Made by a program: the position numbers and the translations under genes. The notes under the pieces were generated by a model. That model searched no databases and was not told where the DNA came from. It saw nothing but the letters and a program-made list of their open reading frames with translations. Positions 19,918-30,098 of a stretch of 64,000 nucleotides of DNA are shown in pieces (the first letter of the stretch is position 1; each line of letters starts with the position of its first letter). Origin of the DNA: an uncultured Spirochaetota bacterium (GTDB lineage: Bacteria > Spirochaetota > Spirochaetia > SZUA-6 > Fen-1364); NCBI GenBank assembly GCA_963781885.1, contig CAWAHW010000002.1:1152001-1216000 (forward strand). Reading direction: 5' to 3'.

Positions 19918-21212
19918 AAGCAGCCTGGCTTCCCGCGGTCCTCTGGGGAATCCTGGCGCCCGCCTGTGCCCTCTCCGCGTGGGACGCCCAGGTCGTGCTT
20001 GACGCCCTTCCCGCGGCAGCGCTCGTCCAGACTTCAGCAGCCCCGGGCGCGCGATGGGTCCAATCGGAGACAACCGAAATGACGGGGCAGGTCGCGTTGT
20101 CGCACACCCAGCCGATCGTCGAAGGGTTGTCACTTGCGGGCACGGCATGGGGCATGGCCGATACCCTGCCTTCGCAATCACCGTTCTCCACGCCGCCGGC
20201 GAAGATCGATCTTCAGAGCAGGCTTCTCGAGCTCAAGTGCGTGTGGGAAATCATTCCGGGAACCCTTATCTGGGACCTGGGCAAAGAGGTGATCCATCCG
20301 TCATCGGGATTCTTCCGTACGCCGCTGAATGTGATCTCCCACGGGGCCCCTGGGGGCGCCGCCAGCCTGACGGGGTCGGCAGTTGGCGCATGGGAGGAAG
20401 GATGGGTCGGCACCGATCTGACGCTGCTCATCGGGAGCTTCACGATCTCCAACTTCTTCTCGCCGCGCATGCAGTGGTCTGACGACGTCGACGCGGTGCT
20501 CCACGACGTGAGCGCGCAGCAGGACGACTACCAGGACCTGACCCGGCTCGATGTGCGACTTGGCGACGCAGACGTGAGACTCCTGGGGCTTTTTTCAACC
20601 GGCGGTCCCGGAAGCGCCGATCCCGCGCTGCATTTCACGGCGGGAGCAGGGATCGACACCAACATCGGAGATGCGGTCACGGTGCGCGCGGAAATTTCTG
20701 CGGTCGACTCCCAGAACCGCACCGTTGTAACGGGCGGCCCGGGGTCATACGCCACGGCGGCGCAGGCGATCGCCTGGGCGCCGCGTGCACTGGCGGGCTT
20801 CACCTGGACGAACAAGGATGAGCTCTCCGTAATGGCGGAGTACTACTACAACGGCCCCGGTTTCATCGGCAGCGACTATGCGCAGCTTATCGGCTATACG
20901 CAGAGTCTCAGGACCAGTCCGGACCCTGCCGCACCCGACGTGCTCGGTCAATTTGGAAGCTTCTCCGCGGCCCAGCACTATGGGTTCGTCCGGGTCTCGG
21001 GGAAAATCGACGACGTGCTGAGCGCAGCCGCATGGGCGGCAGTGAATCTGCAGGACCTCTCAGGGCTGGGCGCCGTCGTCCTGACCTTGACGCACGACAA
21101 GTGGACGGTAAACGCGTCGATCGTGAATGCCTGGGGCGCGACGGATACGGAAGCGGGCCTTTCGCCGCTCCTTTGGAAAGTGGACCTCCAGGCAAGCCTG
21201 TTCCTGTCATGA
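19914..21212 (+). CDS. Hypothetical protein, probable outer-membrane beta-barrel
   Basis: Signal peptide; amphipathic beta pattern; 'AEYYYNG'; ATGA overlap with the upstream gene. Confidence 0.7.
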   Translation: MKAAWLPAVLWGILAPACALSAWDAQVVLDALPAAALVQTSAAPGARWVQSETTEMTGQVALSHTQPIVEGLSLAGTAWGMADTLPSQSPFSTPPAKIDLQSRLLELKCVWEIIPGTLIWDLGKEVIHPSSGFFRTPLNVISHGAPGGAASLTGSAVGAWEEGWVGTDLTLLIGSFTISNFFSPRMQWSDDVDAVLHDVSAQQDDYQDLTRLDVRLGDADVRLLGLFSTGGPGSADPALHFTAGAGIDTNIGDAVTVRAEISAVDSQNRTVVTGGPGSYATAAQAIAWAPRALAGFTWTNKDELSVMAEYYYNGPGFIGSDYAQLIGYTQSLRTSPDPAAPDVLGQFGSFSAAQHYGFVRVSGKIDDVLSAAAWAAVNLQDLSGLGAVVLTLTHDKWTVNASIVNAWGATDTEAGLSPLLWKVDLQASLFLS

Positions 21213-21252
21213 GACAATCCGGATATGGCGCCTCCCACTCCCGCTCTCCCGC

Positions 21253-21281
21253 TTGCCCGTCAACGCCGAACGCCGTATAGT
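21253..21281 (+). promoter_or_regulatory. Sigma70-type promoter
   Basis: TTGCCC-N17-TATAGT. Confidence 0.5.
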
Positions 21282-21322
21282 TGTTCCGACAAGGGGTGAG
21301 ATTGCTCCAAGGAGGTGAAGGA

Positions 21323-21508
21323 ATGGGCAAGGCAGCAGGGGTCATTTCGATCATCCTGGCCGCAGGGTGCGCCGTGGCGGGCATCCTTTCCTACGTCAAC
21401 CATCATACGCGCCGCGGGCCGGCTTTTCTCATCGCCTGCGGCGTTCTGCTCATTCTCGGCGTCATCCTGATCATCGTCGGCAGCAGGAAGCCCAAGACCG
21501 CTGCCTGA
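21323..21508 (+). CDS. Small two-helix membrane protein (61 aa)
   Basis: AAGGAGGTG RBS; two hydrophobic segments; basic tail. Confidence 0.75.
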   Translation: MGKAAGVISIILAAGCAVAGILSYVNHHTRRGPAFLIACGVLLILGVILIIVGSRKPKTAA

Positions 21509-21648
21509 AGAGCGCACACGTCGGCGCCTGGCGACGGAAACACAGGGACTCCTGAAAACCGCATCGCTTGACACCTGCCCGGCTGCTGTGTTAAGAATCC
21601 GCCGTCACGGTGGCGGCCATTCGGCACGCCGACGCGCAGGGGTAACAC

Positions 21649-22627
21649 ATGACAATCGGCCTCACCTATGATTTGCGCACGGAGTGGCTCGCCCAGGGCT
21701 ACTCGGAGCTGGAGACGGCCGAGTTCGACCGTGAAGAGACCGTGGCGGCGGTGGAGGCCACGATACGCGCAGAAGGTTTCGCCACCGAGCGTATCGGCAA
21801 CTACCGCAGCCTTATGGCCGCCCTGGCCGGTGGCAGGAGATCGGGACCTCGTCTTCAATTTCTCCGAGGGGATGTACGGCCTGGCCCGGGAGGCGCTCGT
21901 GCCGGCCCTCCTCGATGCCTACCGCATACCCTACACGTTCTCCGATCCCGTCGTCCTTGCCGTCGCGCTCCACAAGGGCCTCACGAAGCGCATCGTGCGC
22001 GATGCGGGCGTGCCCACCCCTGACTTCGCCGTCGTCGAATGCGCCGCGGACATCGCGGGCGTCAACCTGCGCTATCCGCTCTTCGCGAAGCCGCTGGCGG
22101 AGGGGACGGGAAAGGGCGTGACCCCCCAGTCGAAGATTGAAGACGCGCGGCAGCTTGAAAGCGTCTGCTCCTCCCTGCTGCATGACTACGCGCAGCCGGT
22201 CATCGTGGAGGAGTACCTGCCGGGCCGCGAGTTCACGACGGGAATCGTGGGCACGGGGGCCGGTGCCGAAGTGATTGGAACCATGGAGGTCATTCTCCTT
22301 GCGACGGCGGAGGCCCACGCCTACACCTACACAAACAAGGAATACTGCGACGACCGGGTGCGCTACGTCCTTGCCCGGGGCGATGCCGGCAGGGCATGCG
22401 CGGAGCTTGCGCTGAAGGCCTGGCGTGCGCTCGGAGGTCGGGACGCCGGGAGGATCGACATCCGCATGGACGGAAACGGTCGGCCCAGTTTCATGGAAGT
22501 GAACCCGCTCGCGGGTCTGCACCCCAAGCATTCCGACCTGCCCATCATCTGCACGATGGTGGGCGTGAGCTTCCAGGAGTTGATCGGCAGGATCATCCGC
22601 TCAGCGAGGCTGCGCGCCGGCCTCTGA
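21649..22627 (+). CDS. D-alanine-D-alanine ligase-like ATP-grasp protein (frameshift near 21841)
   Basis: N-terminal 'MTIGLTYDLR' in one frame; 'DLVFNFSEG...KPLAEGTGKG...EEYLPGREFT...EVNPLAG' in the next; removing one C restores 'RRWDLVFN'. Confidence 0.8.
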
Positions 22628-23531
22628 GGCCGGACCGAAGCGCGGCAGCGCCGCATTGCGCTCGTCTGAGGCGAGCTTTTCCCGCACACACGCGCAGAAT
22701 CGGTCGACGACCCAGCCGTAGCAGTCCGGCGGCAGCTTCTCACGCCGCACGTCCGGCACGTCGTTGTATGAATCGATGACCTGCGGATCGCCCTCCGGCG
22801 TCACACACCATTCTATCGCGTTAAAATCGAGCCCGAGGCCGGCATTGAGCGCGGCGCTCTTTTCGCAGATGAAATGCGCGAGCTCCGGGTCCAGCTCGCC
22901 AGGCGCCGGCACCGCATAAACGCCGCGGTCGAAGGGAAGGGGATCCCACCGGCAGAGAAAGACGTCCTGCCTTCCGACGCAGAAGGCGCGATAGTATGCC
23001 TTGTAGGAAACAAGCTGCTGGACGATCAGGGTGTGCCGGCTCTTCAGGCTCTCATAGAGGCCGCGCAGCGACAGGGCATCCTCCGCGCGAAAGACGTCCT
23101 GCCAGGCATAGCCGTCAACCGGCTTGATGATGCAGGGAAAGCCCACCCGCGCACCGACCGCCTCCCAGTCCGGGCCCTCCGCAAGCTCGGCCGTCTCTTC
23201 GCTCACCTTTCCGCTGGGGATGAGCATCGTGCGGGGGTGATGGATGCCCAGAGCGTCGTAGAGGTAAAGCTCGGAAAGCTTGTCGAGGACCAGCGTGAAA
23301 AAAGGATTGTTCAGGACGTATGTCCCGCCGATTGACCAGTACCGCATGAGCCTGCCGCAGGTAGTGGTCGCAGAAGCTCACACGGTCGACGACGACGCGG
23401 AATGGCGACGGGGAGGGATGTTCGAGCTGGCCCGCCTTGATGAACTGCACGGGCAGGTCGGCGAGTCCGGCGGCCACGCTCCGGATGAAATCGTTGTCGC
23501 GAAACTCGAGGATGCCTACTGCGCGCGCCAT
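22601..23531 (-). CDS. RimK-like ATP-grasp protein (frameshift near 23350)
   Basis: 'VVVDRVS' then, in the next frame, 'GTYVLNNPFF...VGFPCIIKPVDGYAWQDV...GLDFNAIE'. Confidence 0.75.
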
Positions 23532-23572
23532 GTCACGTCAAGGGAGAGCGGGAATGGGACCGGCCCTTTCAC

Positions 23573-24043
23573 TCAGAGCCAGAAGCGGAGCCCCAGGGCG
23601 CCCTGGACGTGCCAGCTGAACGCCGTGGGAATGAAAGAGACGCCCACCGCGGGGGCAGCTTCAACGAATATCTCCAGAGTCTTTCCAAAGGGCCAGATCT
23701 GGAGGCCGATCGGAACTCTGCCGCCAACGCTGACGTCGACTGGCGAAACGTCGACGGATGCATAGCCGCCGACCCCGACGTACCAGTCGAAAATGCTCAC
23801 GATATTGCCATGGGCTATCCAATAGTCTGCCGTGACGCCAATGGAGAGCGGAAAGGTCACCCCGATGCCGAGCATCAAAGGGAATTGCGGCAGCTTCAAG
23901 GTGAGCATCGCGCCGGACGGGAGCCCCCCTGTTCCTGCAAAATATAGCGCGCCTTCGCCGCCGATGGCGAAATTGCCCGCGGCAAAAGCGGCGGTCGATA
24001 CGCCGATGAGAGCAATCAGGACCAGGATCAGAATCTTCTTCAT
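23573..24043 (-). CDS. DUF3996/BAPKO_0422-like small outer-membrane beta-barrel protein
   Basis: Signal peptide; 'WYVGVGGY', 'GRVPIGLQ', 'EIFVEAAP', terminal 'GLRFWL'. Confidence 0.75.
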   Translation of the reverse strand: MKKILILVLIALIGVSTAAFAAGNFAIGGEGALYFAGTGGLPSGAMLTLKLPQFPLMLGIGVTFPLSIGVTADYWIAHGNIVSIFDWYVGVGGYASVDVSPVDVSVGGRVPIGLQIWPFGKTLEIFVEAAPAVGVSFIPTAFSWHVQGALGLRFWL

Positions 24044-24180
24044 TCTCCCCCCTTGGTTGAAAGTTATCCCGTCTCCGAACTATGCACAACGGCCCGGTGC
24101 GGGCATCCATTGCTGCTCAATCGCGGCGTCATTTTCTCCGATACTCTCATGAGGGGAGATATGCTCTCCGCGAGGAACCC

Positions 24181-24477
24181 ATGGATTGGAAAGAGCAGCT
24201 GACGACGGATGAGGGGGAGCTTCGGGCACTCGTGGAAAGGCTGGGCGCCGCCCGCAGCGGAGGACTGCACGGCCGCGCGGAACGTCAGTGTGCCTCGCGC
24301 TCGCTGAATGCAAAGCTTTCATCCATGCACGCGTATGTCCAGGATTTCCTGAGCGGACGCAACGAGCAGGAGCGCGCGACGCTTGAATACCGTCTGCGCG
24401 TGGAGTACCCGCTTTACTCCCATCTCACCTCGCTCTCCCATTTGCCGCGTGAATACGTGGAATGGGCCTGCACGTGA
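24181..24477 (+). CDS. Hypothetical protein
   Basis: GAGGA RBS; helical, charged 98-aa ORF. Confidence 0.6.
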   Translation: MDWKEQLTTDEGELRALVERLGAARSGGLHGRAERQCASRSLNAKLSSMHAYVQDFLSGRNEQERATLEYRLRVEYPLYSHLTSLSHLPREYVEWACT

Positions 24478-24526
24478 GGCAAGGCACAATACCCGCGCAA
24501 GTGCTGTGAAACCTTCTGATTGATGC

Positions 24527-24552
24527 GTCAGGGTGCGTGGAAGCACCCTGAC
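24527..24552. terminator. Hairpin between convergent small genes
   Basis: GTCAGGGTGC-N6-GCACCCTGAC, perfect 10-bp stem; no U-tract. Confidence 0.5.
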
Positions 24553-24575
24553 CGTCAGGTCGCTCCGTCCGACCC

Positions 24576-24767
24576 TTATGCGAAAAGATCTACTTTTGTG
24601 GCCACGCCCTGCGGGTTGATTTGCTGCGCCGAAACAGGCTTCGCCGCAAGCTTCACGGCGTCATCGGAGTCACCGTCCGACTCCCGCTCTCCCGCGACCT
24701 CTTTCGAGGGCTGGGAGGCGATCGCTGTAGACCACTGGTTCTGGGTCATTGATGCATCAATGCGCAT
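24576..24767 (-). CDS. Small hypothetical protein (63 aa)
   Basis: AAAGGA RBS; AT-rich promoter TTGCAA-N16-TATGCT upstream; C-terminus 'GVATKVDLFA'. Confidence 0.7.
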   Translation of the reverse strand: MRIDASMTQNQWSTAIASQPSKEVAGERESDGDSDDAVKLAAKPVSAQQINPQGVATKVDLFA

Positions 24768-24920
24768 AGTATTCCTTTCTCTATATATAGCATAACGAAT
24801 ATCTATTCGATTGCAAGGGCAAAATGACGGCCATTTGACCGACCGGCTTTCGCGGCATTATTTTCCGCGCAGGATGCAGAGCGCAGCCCGAAGCACGCCG
24901 CGGGAAGCGTCCTGACGGCG

Positions 24921-24964
24921 GTCGCCGATCTTTCGACGTGGGCGCCGTCGCCGATCTTTCGACG
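24921..24964. repeat. Two exact 18-bp direct repeats GTCGCCGATCTTTCGACG
   Basis: Copies at 24921-24938 and 24947-24964 (period 26). Confidence 0.8.
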
Positions 24965-25074
24965 CCGGGTCGACGCCGTCAAAGCGACGGCAAGGACCCG
25001 TCCTTGCGAAATCAATCGACGCACAGGGATTCGGGGGATTATCTTTTTCGGCGCGGGGAAAGGAGGGCGATTCG

Positions 25075-25723
25075 GTGAGGTCTTTCTTGAAGGCCAGACC
25101 TGTCGTGACCGCCGCGTTTCTTACCATTCTCCTGGGAGGGTGCGCTACCATGTCTGAAGGCAAGGATAACATATCATTCGTCGTTTCCACGACAGCGGTG
25201 CAGGGGGCGCCTGAAACCGGCTTTGACAGCGGCCTTGTGTCCGTGGGTCGGCTGAATGCCATCTTCGGTGCAAAAGCGCGCGGGCCAGCCAATCCGCGCT
25301 CGTTTCCGTTCACCTGGAAGGGGCTTCCCAGGGGGACAAAGGCCATCGCGGTCGTCCTTGACGACCCCGACGCGCGGCTGGTCCTTGCCGCGAACGGAAT
25401 GACCGGTGATGCGTTCCTGCACTGGATCGCGGCTGACATCGATCCTGCCGCGGGCGGTCTGCCGGACAACGCCGCCGCGACGATGCCCATCACGCAGGGA
25501 AAGAATGGCACGGGACAGGCCCGTCTACACGGCGCCGCAGCCGCCGGCCGACGTCCCCAAGGACACCGACAAGGTGCGCATCCATGTCTATCGGCTGAAG
25601 GTGTACGCGCTTTCGGCGCCGACGGGTCTCAAGACCGGGTTCAGCCTTGATGACCTGATGTCCGCAATCAAGGGCACGACACTCGGGATGGCGCAGCTCA
25701 ACGTGAGCTACAGCAACCAGTAG
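25075..25723 (+). CDS. YbhB/YbcL (PEBP/Raf-kinase-inhibitor-like) lipoprotein (frameshift near 25520)
   Basis: Lipobox 'LGGC'; 'AVVLDDPDA', 'FLHW'; then 'YTAPQPP...HVYRLKVYAL' in the next frame. Confidence 0.8.
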
Positions 25724-25726
25724 GCC

Positions 25727-26146
25727 GTGGAAAAGGATCCATCGCTCCTTCCGGGAATGCCCGGAAACCCGTGGCGATTGCGGACATCCGACGGGAGCGT
25801 CGAATATGCGGCATTCAGGGACACCAGGATAGCGCCTGCCGCGCTGGTGGTGAAGGTGGGCGCCCGGGAGAGACGCTACAACCTGCGCTGCCTGGAGGAT
25901 CTGCACGAGATGCTGAAGGCGCATGGCGACTGGGTTCCTCTGGGCCGCGCCGGTGAGCACGAGCAGCCGCCCGCGGGCAGCGTCGAGGCATGGGCTCGCT
26001 CCCGACAGAACCCCGTGGGCGGCTGGTATGGGTTATCGAAGGGCCAGCGGGGGGATTTTGCCGCCTTCATTCCCCCCATCCTGCAGGAGCTGAATCTCGC
26101 GGAGCTGGAAGGAAAAGCCCCCGACCTGCTCATGCGCGCGGTCTAG
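25727..26146 (+). CDS. Conserved hypothetical protein (DUF6855-like)
   Basis: 'PWRLRT', 'LHEMLKAHGDWVPLG', 'VEAWARS..NPVGGWYG'. Confidence 0.7.
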   Translation: MEKDPSLLPGMPGNPWRLRTSDGSVEYAAFRDTRIAPAALVVKVGARERRYNLRCLEDLHEMLKAHGDWVPLGRAGEHEQPPAGSVEAWARSRQNPVGGWYGLSKGQRGDFAAFIPPILQELNLAELEGKAPDLLMRAV

Positions 26147-26199
26147 AAGGTTTTCAAGCTCGCAGATGCCGAGAGCCGTGGCCGCCTCCGGATCGGGCG

Positions 26200-26388
26200 C
26201 TACCGCGTCCTCAGGTAGTTCTCCACGGACCGGTCATAGCCGCGTTCCGCGGCCTTGGAGAAGTAGCAGGCCGGCAATTCCCCTGCGCCCCGATGATAGG
26301 CGACACACTCGCAACACACCCCTTTCCTGCTGCACGTGTACGTGCAGTTGCAGGAAGCCTTGTTCGATTCGATTTTGCAGGCTTGCAT
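26200..26388 (-). CDS. Small Cys-rich protein (DUF6485-like)
   Basis: '[20 protein letters not shown]...LPACYF...YDRS'. Confidence 0.8.
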   Translation of the reverse strand: MQACKIESNKASCNCTYTCSRKGVCCECVAYHRGAGELPACYFSKAAERGYDRSVENYLRTR

Positions 26389-26547
26389 GCTCAACTCCAT
26401 GATACATCTGCGTCGTTGCCGGAGCCGGGATGATAGCATGGGTGAAGGAGCGCCGCCACAGGACGGCGACGATGCGTCTCCGCTCCTCATGACGATCCAC
26501 AAAAAATGTGCTACCATGGGCCCATACCAGCGTTCAGGAGGCGACGA

Positions 26548-28290
26548 TTGTCAAAGAGGGTATTCGCACTCTTTTTTTCTCTCGTGACGGTTGCCGTCGT
26601 GTACGCCGTCCCGCCGACGTACCTGCTCACCACGGGCTCGCTCCTGTCGCAGACGAGCTTCGGCCTCTTCACGAATTCCTTTGACGCTGCATTCAATGAA
26701 AGCGACGCCGGCACGCTCCCCACCTTCTCAACGCTGACGCAGTCGTACCTCTTCACCGGCCTGGCGAACGATTTCTCCGGGAATGTCGGCACGGTGCCGC
26801 TCACCCCTTTCACATTCGGGTATTACGGACCCGGCCCGAAGGCCTGGTCTTTGCTGGGGGACGTCGTCCTGCAAACGGCCAACTCCACGCTGAGCGACGG
26901 CACCGTCGTCACATCTGCCGCGAAGACGGTGGGCGCTTCGAGCATGAGCTGGGCCACACAGAGCGCGCAGTCCACCTACCAGTTCCTCGATGCATGGAAT
27001 GCGGCGGGAAACGAGCAATTCCTGATGAAACTTGGCAGCCTCAATCTCGGGGCGCTTCTCAACTGGTACTACACGCAGAATACCTCAGGAGCCGGTGCGA
27101 ACGCTTTCGCCGCCGCGAATGTGAATCAAACGACCACGTTCAATTATGACACCTCGGGGCTCGGTGTCGCCCCTGCGCCGGCGCTGAACTACACCGAAAG
27201 CGTCTCTCTGTCGAAGCCCGATGGGACTCTGGACATCGGGCTCACCGTGCCGCTGTACTTCAAGGTCGGGTCCATCGGTTTCGACGTTGCGCCGAAGGTG
27301 GAATACAACCGCTACGATGCTTCGATCACGGACACCATCAGCTACACTCCACCGCAGCGGGCGCTGGCCGGCAACTTCCCGATCGCGACAGGAGCACTGA
27401 ACACGACGACGGACGTCACCGGTTTTGTGACCACGGCCTTGTCGTCAACGGCGAGCCTGCCTTCACTGGCGGCGGGAAACGCAAACAATCTTTTCGAGGT
27501 GAACCTCGACGGGTACCTCACCTTCTACACGGCCGATCCGCTGCATGTCGTGAAAAATGGCGCGGAGCAGTGGAACTACGCCGGCGGCGGGGCGGGATTC
27601 ACCTACCCGGTTGGCCTCGTCGCGCCGGGCGCCGTAAACCAAACCGACACGACAACGACGCGTGGCGCGGGGATCGCTTATCGCGTCGCCCCGTCCGCAC
27701 AGCAGAAGATGTACTTCGACCTGGGTGAAGGGTCGTCATGGGCTATCGGGCCGAAGGTCGACCTCGAGCTGAACTATGCGCCAATTTCGGATGTCTACAG
27801 AACGCAGATCACGCAAATAGCCAGCACCGACGGCGACGGCAATGGAAAATTCACGGATGCGGCGGACCAGATCGTGACCACCGTCACCACGTACAATCAC
27901 AACAACGAAGGCGGAACCTGGAACGTGATCGGCGGCATCGAGCTTCCTGTTGCCCTGACATTCCGTCCTTCGGCAGGCTTCTTCGGTGTCACGGTCGGTG
28001 CGAATCCGCGTCTCCTGTACACGCTCACCGTTGTCAGCAGCACGCCGGAAACGTTCAGCCAGACAATCAGCGCAACGGATGGAACGGGCGCCGCGATTGC
28101 GGCGCCGGGAGGCATCACCTCCGTCACCGCGGGAACGGCGGACCCGGTCACAAGGACGAACTCTGCGTGGACATTCGATTCCGGATTCGAGCTTTCTTTC
28201 GATTTCTATCTCCCCGCGGATACCACGCTCCACATCATGTGGTCGGGCGCGGGCAACCTCTCCTTCCAGGGGACTCTGTCGCTGAAATAG
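26548..28290 (+). CDS. Hypothetical Thr-rich exported, probably outer-membrane protein
   Basis: AGGAGG RBS with TTG start; signal peptide; beta-strand-rich; 580 aa. Confidence 0.75.
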   Translation: MSKRVFALFFSLVTVAVVYAVPPTYLLTTGSLLSQTSFGLFTNSFDAAFNESDAGTLPTFSTLTQSYLFTGLANDFSGNVGTVPLTPFTFGYYGPGPKAWSLLGDVVLQTANSTLSDGTVVTSAAKTVGASSMSWATQSAQSTYQFLDAWNAAGNEQFLMKLGSLNLGALLNWYYTQNTSGAGANAFAAANVNQTTTFNYDTSGLGVAPAPALNYTESVSLSKPDGTLDIGLTVPLYFKVGSIGFDVAPKVEYNRYDASITDTISYTPPQRALAGNFPIATGALNTTTDVTGFVTTALSSTASLPSLAAGNANNLFEVNLDGYLTFYTADPLHVVKNGAEQWNYAGGGAGFTYPVGLVAPGAVNQTDTTTTRGAGIAYRVAPSAQQKMYFDLGEGSSWAIGPKVDLELNYAPISDVYRTQITQIASTDGDGNGKFTDAADQIVTTVTTYNHNNEGGTWNVIGGIELPVALTFRPSAGFFGVTVGANPRLLYTLTVVSSTPETFSQTISATDGTGAAIAAPGGITSVTAGTADPVTRTNSAWTFDSGFELSFDFYLPADTTLHIMWSGAGNLSFQGTLSLK

Positions 28291-28310
28291 CTGAAGAAGG
28301 GTCGGTCATC

Positions 28311-30098
28311 ATGAGCAATCCCACACTTACTCGCGCCCTGCTGTCTGGCAACGAGGCTATCGCCCGCGGTGCCTGGGAGGCAGGCGTCACCATTGCCACC
28401 GGCTATCCTGGTACTCCCTCCACCGAGATCCTGGAAGCGGCGCGCGCGTACAAGGCGGACATCTACTGCGAGTGGTCGCCGAACGAGAAGGTCGCGCTGG
28501 AAGTGGCGGCAGGCGCCTCCCTTGCGGGTGCGCGCGCCATCGTCACGATGAAACACGTCGGTCTCAACGTTGCCGCCGATCCCTTGATGACGCTTTCCTA
28601 CATCGGGACGGTGGGCGGGCTCGCCCTGTGCGTGGCGGATGACCCCGGCATGCATTCCTCCCAGAACGAGCAGGACACGCGGCACTATGCCCGGTTTGCA
28701 AAGATCCCCATCCTCGAGCCCTCCGATTCGCAGGAGGCCAAGGACTTCCTTGCCCTTGCCCTTTCTCTGTCCGAGGAGCATGCCACACCCGTGCTGCTGC
28801 GTTCCACGACGCGTGTGAGCCATTCCAGCAGCGTCGTGACCCTCGGTGCGCGCACGGCACCCGCCGCGAGCCCCGGCTTCCAGAAGAATCCGCAGCGTTT
28901 CGTTCCCATACCGCTCTATGCCCGGCCCATGCGCGTGCGGGTGGAGGATCGCACGCGCGCGCTGGCAGCAGCGGCATCCACGTCGGTGGCAAACAGGATC
29001 GAGTGGGGAGACCGGGCCCTCGGGGTCATCGCGGAAGGCATCGCGTACCAGTACGTCCGCGAGCTCCTGCCCGACGCATCGATACTCAAGATCGGCTGGG
29101 TCTGGCCCTTCCCGGACGAGCTCCTGCGCGAGTTTGCCGCGGGGGTGAGGCGCCTCCTGGTGGTCGAGGAGCTGGACGACATCCTGGAAGAGCACGTGCG
29201 ATCACTGGGCATCAGATGCGAAGGCCGCGCCACGGTGCCGGGAATCGGTGAGCTCTCCGCCGATCGCCTGGCGCCTATCCTGACGGATGCCGCGCCGCGC
29301 GCGCCCATGGTGGCGGGTGCCGACCTTCCCGCGCGGCCTCCCGTGCTCTGTCCCGCCTGCCCGCACCGCGGGATATTTTTCGCGCTGGGCAAATTCGATG
29401 TCACCGTGACCGGCGATATCGGCTGCTATTCCCTGGGTGTCTTTCCGCCCCTGAAGCGCATCGACACAATCCTCTGCATGGGCGCGGGCATCTCCATGGC
29501 GCACGGCATGCAGAAGGCGGGCGCGGCACTTCCCGCCGGGGATACCGCGCCGCGAAAGGTTGTCGGCATCGTCGGGGACTCCACGTTCTTCCATTCAGGC
29601 ATCACCGGGCTGCTCGACATCGCCTACAACAAGGGCGCCTCCACGATCATCGTGGTGGACAACCGCACCACCGCCATGACCGGCCACCAGGAGCACCCGG
29701 GAACCGGGCGCACGATCCTGGGCGAAGAGACCATCAGCGCGAGCGTGGAAGAGTTCGGACGGGCCTGCGGCATGAAGAATATCGCCACGGTGGATCCCTA
29801 CGATCTGAAGGCGACCGTGGAGACTTTGCGCACGGCCATCGAGTCCGACGAGCCGTGGCTGGTCGTGTCACGGTCTGTCTGTCCCCTGGCGGCGAAGAAG
29901 AACGTGGGGCCTGCCCGACGCGTGAACCAGGAGCTGTGCAGGAAGTGCAAGGCATGCCTCAGGCTGGGCTGTCCCGCCATCGAATATGCCAACGACGAGA
30001 TCCACGTGAACGAGATGCTCTGCGGGGGCTGCGCGCTCTGCGAAAAGGTCTGCAAGGACAACGCCTTCGAGGTCGCGGTGGGGGAATGCCATGAGTAG
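28311..30098 (+). CDS. iorA: Indolepyruvate:ferredoxin oxidoreductase alpha subunit
   Basis: 'GNEAIARG', 'YPGTPSTE', 'MKHVGLNVAADP', 'GDIGCY', 'GDSTFFHSG'; C-terminal ferredoxin cysteines. Confidence 0.95.
   Translation: MSNPTLTRALLSGNEAIARGAWEAGVTIATGYPGTPSTEILEAARAYKADIYCEWSPNEKVALEVAAGASLAGARAIVTMKHVGLNVAADPLMTLSYIGTVGGLALCVADDPGMHSSQNEQDTRHYARFAKIPILEPSDSQEAKDFLALALSLSEEHATPVLLRSTTRVSHSSSVVTLGARTAPAASPGFQKNPQRFVPIPLYARPMRVRVEDRTRALAAAASTSVANRIEWGDRALGVIAEGIAYQYVRELLPDASILKIGWVWPFPDELLREFAAGVRRLLVVEELDDILEEHVRSLGIRCEGRATVPGIGELSADRLAPILTDAAPRAPMVAGADLPARPPVLCPACPHRGIFFALGKFDVTVTGDIGCYSLGVFPPLKRIDTILCMGAGISMAHGMQKAGAALPAGDTAPRKVVGIVGDSTFFHSGITGLLDIAYNKGASTIIVVDNRTTAMTGHQEHPGTGRTILGEETISASVEEFGRACGMKNIATVDPYDLKATVETLRTAIESDEPWLVVSRSVCPLAAKKNVGPARRVNQELCRKCKACLRLGCPAIEYANDEIHVNEMLCGGCALCEKVCKDNAFEVAVGECHE

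Noticed and set aside
24921-24964. Possible mini-CRISPR
   Set aside because: Only two 18-bp units with an 8-nt spacer, and no cas genes
27738-28310. N-terminal extension making IorA 786 aa
   Set aside because: Off-frame overlap with the upstream gene; IorA motifs begin after ATG 28311
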